Source: Diplonema japonicum (lineage: Eukaryota > Protista > Euglenozoa: Diplonemea). From it: a DNA stretch of 64,000 nucleotides. Both the position numbers and the translations under genes were made by a program. Location: NCBI GenBank assembly GCA_964019335.1, contig OZ025648.1, positions 1,116,001 to 1,180,000 of the forward strand. The letters run 5' to 3'. Each line of letters opens with the position of its first letter. Position 1 is the stretch's first letter. Below are positions 62,597 to 64,000 of this stretch, piece by piece. The notes below the pieces were generated by a model. That model had not been told where the DNA came from and ran no database searches. It saw only the letters and a list, made by a program, of their open reading frames with translations.

Positions 62597-64000
62597 ATGC
62601 TCGGCACTTTGGTAACGTTGTATGCTCTGGGCATCGTGGGTGACGGGTCTAGCGAATGCTCGGTGTTTACATTCAATGGATTTTCAGATGTTCGGTACGA
62701 AGGGGTGTTTAGCGAGGAAGACGAGCTGCACACGAAGGATGGGTGGTACGTGTTTTGGTGTGACAAGAAGCAAGTTTGGGGCATAGGAAAGGAGAGTGAA
62801 AAGGAACAGAACGACAGGGGCGCCTGTTTGGCAGGTGCGATATGGGCAGGAGGCACTGTGTTCGAGCCTGCGAAGTACGACGTCAACTGGCACGAGGTCG
62901 TGGGCAGCACGTGGGTACGAAGGAACATATCAATCATCTGCGTTCGTACGGAGGTGGTTGTCAACATAGCCGTTGAGCCCGTACTAGACCCCTCTCATGT
63001 TGTTTATAAAAGCATAGTGAACGATATCCTTGTTCAGCCAATCGCACAGAATTCCTCGGAACGTACTGTTTACCCCACCTTTGCTTCCCCTTATACACTT
63101 GTGCTCGAGTACTTTCCACAGATAGTGCTGCATCCTGCTTCCATCGTCAGTACATTGCCTGCGTCATTTGGTGATTATGTTCTCCGCTACTCGGCTTCTG
63201 TGACCTACCGCCCTGATCTCCCTGCAACAACGTCGCCTACTATTGTCAGCACCCCCGTGCCTTCTCCCACTGCCCTCCCTTCTAGTGACGATGAAGTCAA
63301 GTTTCTTATCCCTGTGATCGTAACAGGCTGCGGGATATTGCTTTTTCTCGTAATCTTGCGATGCATAGCAAAGAGCATTGAGTTAAAGCACGAGCGGGAG
63401 ATGAGAAAGATGAAGGCCGCGGTCATCTCTGTTGACGATCATCCTTGCCCGATGGAGATAATAGACACCAAGCAGGAGATAGGAATGTTGTCCTTGTCTT
63501 CAATGTGCTCTGAAAAAGAGGCAACCGCCTCAGGCCAAGCGGAAGGCCTGTCGCCGTGCCCCTCAAGCTACAGTGACGAGTCGAGTATTAGCGAACTGGT
63601 GAGTTGCACACCTGAAGACATCTGCTTGCAAGCGAGTATAACTGGGCATACAATACCCAAAACCCTTTCGGTGAGATCCCGTCTCTTTCCGATGACGACC
63701 TTTGAATTGAAAGAGCAGGGGGTTGGTGACGAGAACTCCTCGTGGGAATCGGACAGCGGTACTGTAATCACCTCCACCTTGGATGGACGCTGGTCTATCG
63801 CGGGTGTCCTTTTATCAAAGGAACCGCACTACTCAGGCCTCCCGCACACTATTAAAATGTGGACAAACAAGGATCGCTCGGAAGAAGACGTGGTAGCTTT
63901 TGACCTGACGTGGTCTACGGCCCCTTCTAAACTGTGGGTTGTTGTCCCACTCCTTCCAGAAGTGGACAGCGTGTACAAATACAGATCCGAGCTCAGGGGG
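62597..64000 (+). CDS. Type I membrane protein with Trp-rich modules (3'-partial; absent from the ORF track because it runs off the window)
   Basis: Manually translated stop-free frame from MLGTLVTLYALGIVG; S/T/P stalk; TM FLIPVIVTGCGILLFLVIL; cytosolic Trp-rich modules. Confidence 0.8.
   Translation, partial: MLGTLVTLYALGIVGDGSSECSVFTFNGFSDVRYEGVFSEEDELHTKDGWYVFWCDKKQVWGIGKESEKEQNDRGACLAGAIWAGGTVFEPAKYDVNWHEVVGSTWVRRNISIICVRTEVVVNIAVEPVLDPSHVVYKSIVNDILVQPIAQNSSERTVYPTFASPYTLVLEYFPQIVLHPASIVSTLPASFGDYVLRYSASVTYRPDLPATTSPTIVSTPVPSPTALPSSDDEVKFLIPVIVTGCGILLFLVILRCIAKSIELKHEREMRKMKAAVISVDDHPCPMEIIDTKQEIGMLSLSSMCSEKEATASGQAEGLSPCPSSYSDESSISELVSCTPEDICLQASITGHTIPKTLSVRSRLFPMTTFELKEQGVGDENSSWESDSGTVITSTLDGRWSIAGVLLSKEPHYSGLPHTIKMWTNKDRSEEDVVAFDLTWSTAPSKLWVVVPLLPEVDSVYKYRSELRG

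Overview
Eukaryotic nuclear DNA, most likely a euglenozoan and probably a diplonemid. The centrin closely resembles kinetoplastid centrin-4, yet the genes carry cis-introns. About 33 protein genes all lie on the + strand, some separated by only 53-95 nt, consistent with a polycistronic, trans-spliced cluster. Longer intergenic regions are rich in poly(T)/poly(A)/poly(C) runs. Eleven tiny GT-AG introns (34-50 nt) were inferred from frame restoration or splice-site pattern; they join several apparently split ORFs (GCN2, cyclin, TRM112, SMC1, RlmN, PDE, VPS23). The first 3 kb holds two TA-flanked non-autonomous TIR transposons. The most interesting leads are: (1) an unnamed ~85-aa Trp/Gly/His module recurring in three otherwise unrelated genes; (2) a possible 44-nt intron fusing METTL16 in frame to a NEK kinase; (3) a possible splice giving the GCN2-like kinase three CCCH fingers plus a UBZ finger; (4) an F-box+cyclin protein, a myosin with degenerate nucleotide motifs, a tail-anchored RlmN, and a CUE-bearing Vps23. 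All assignments come from reading motifs by eye; no searches were run.
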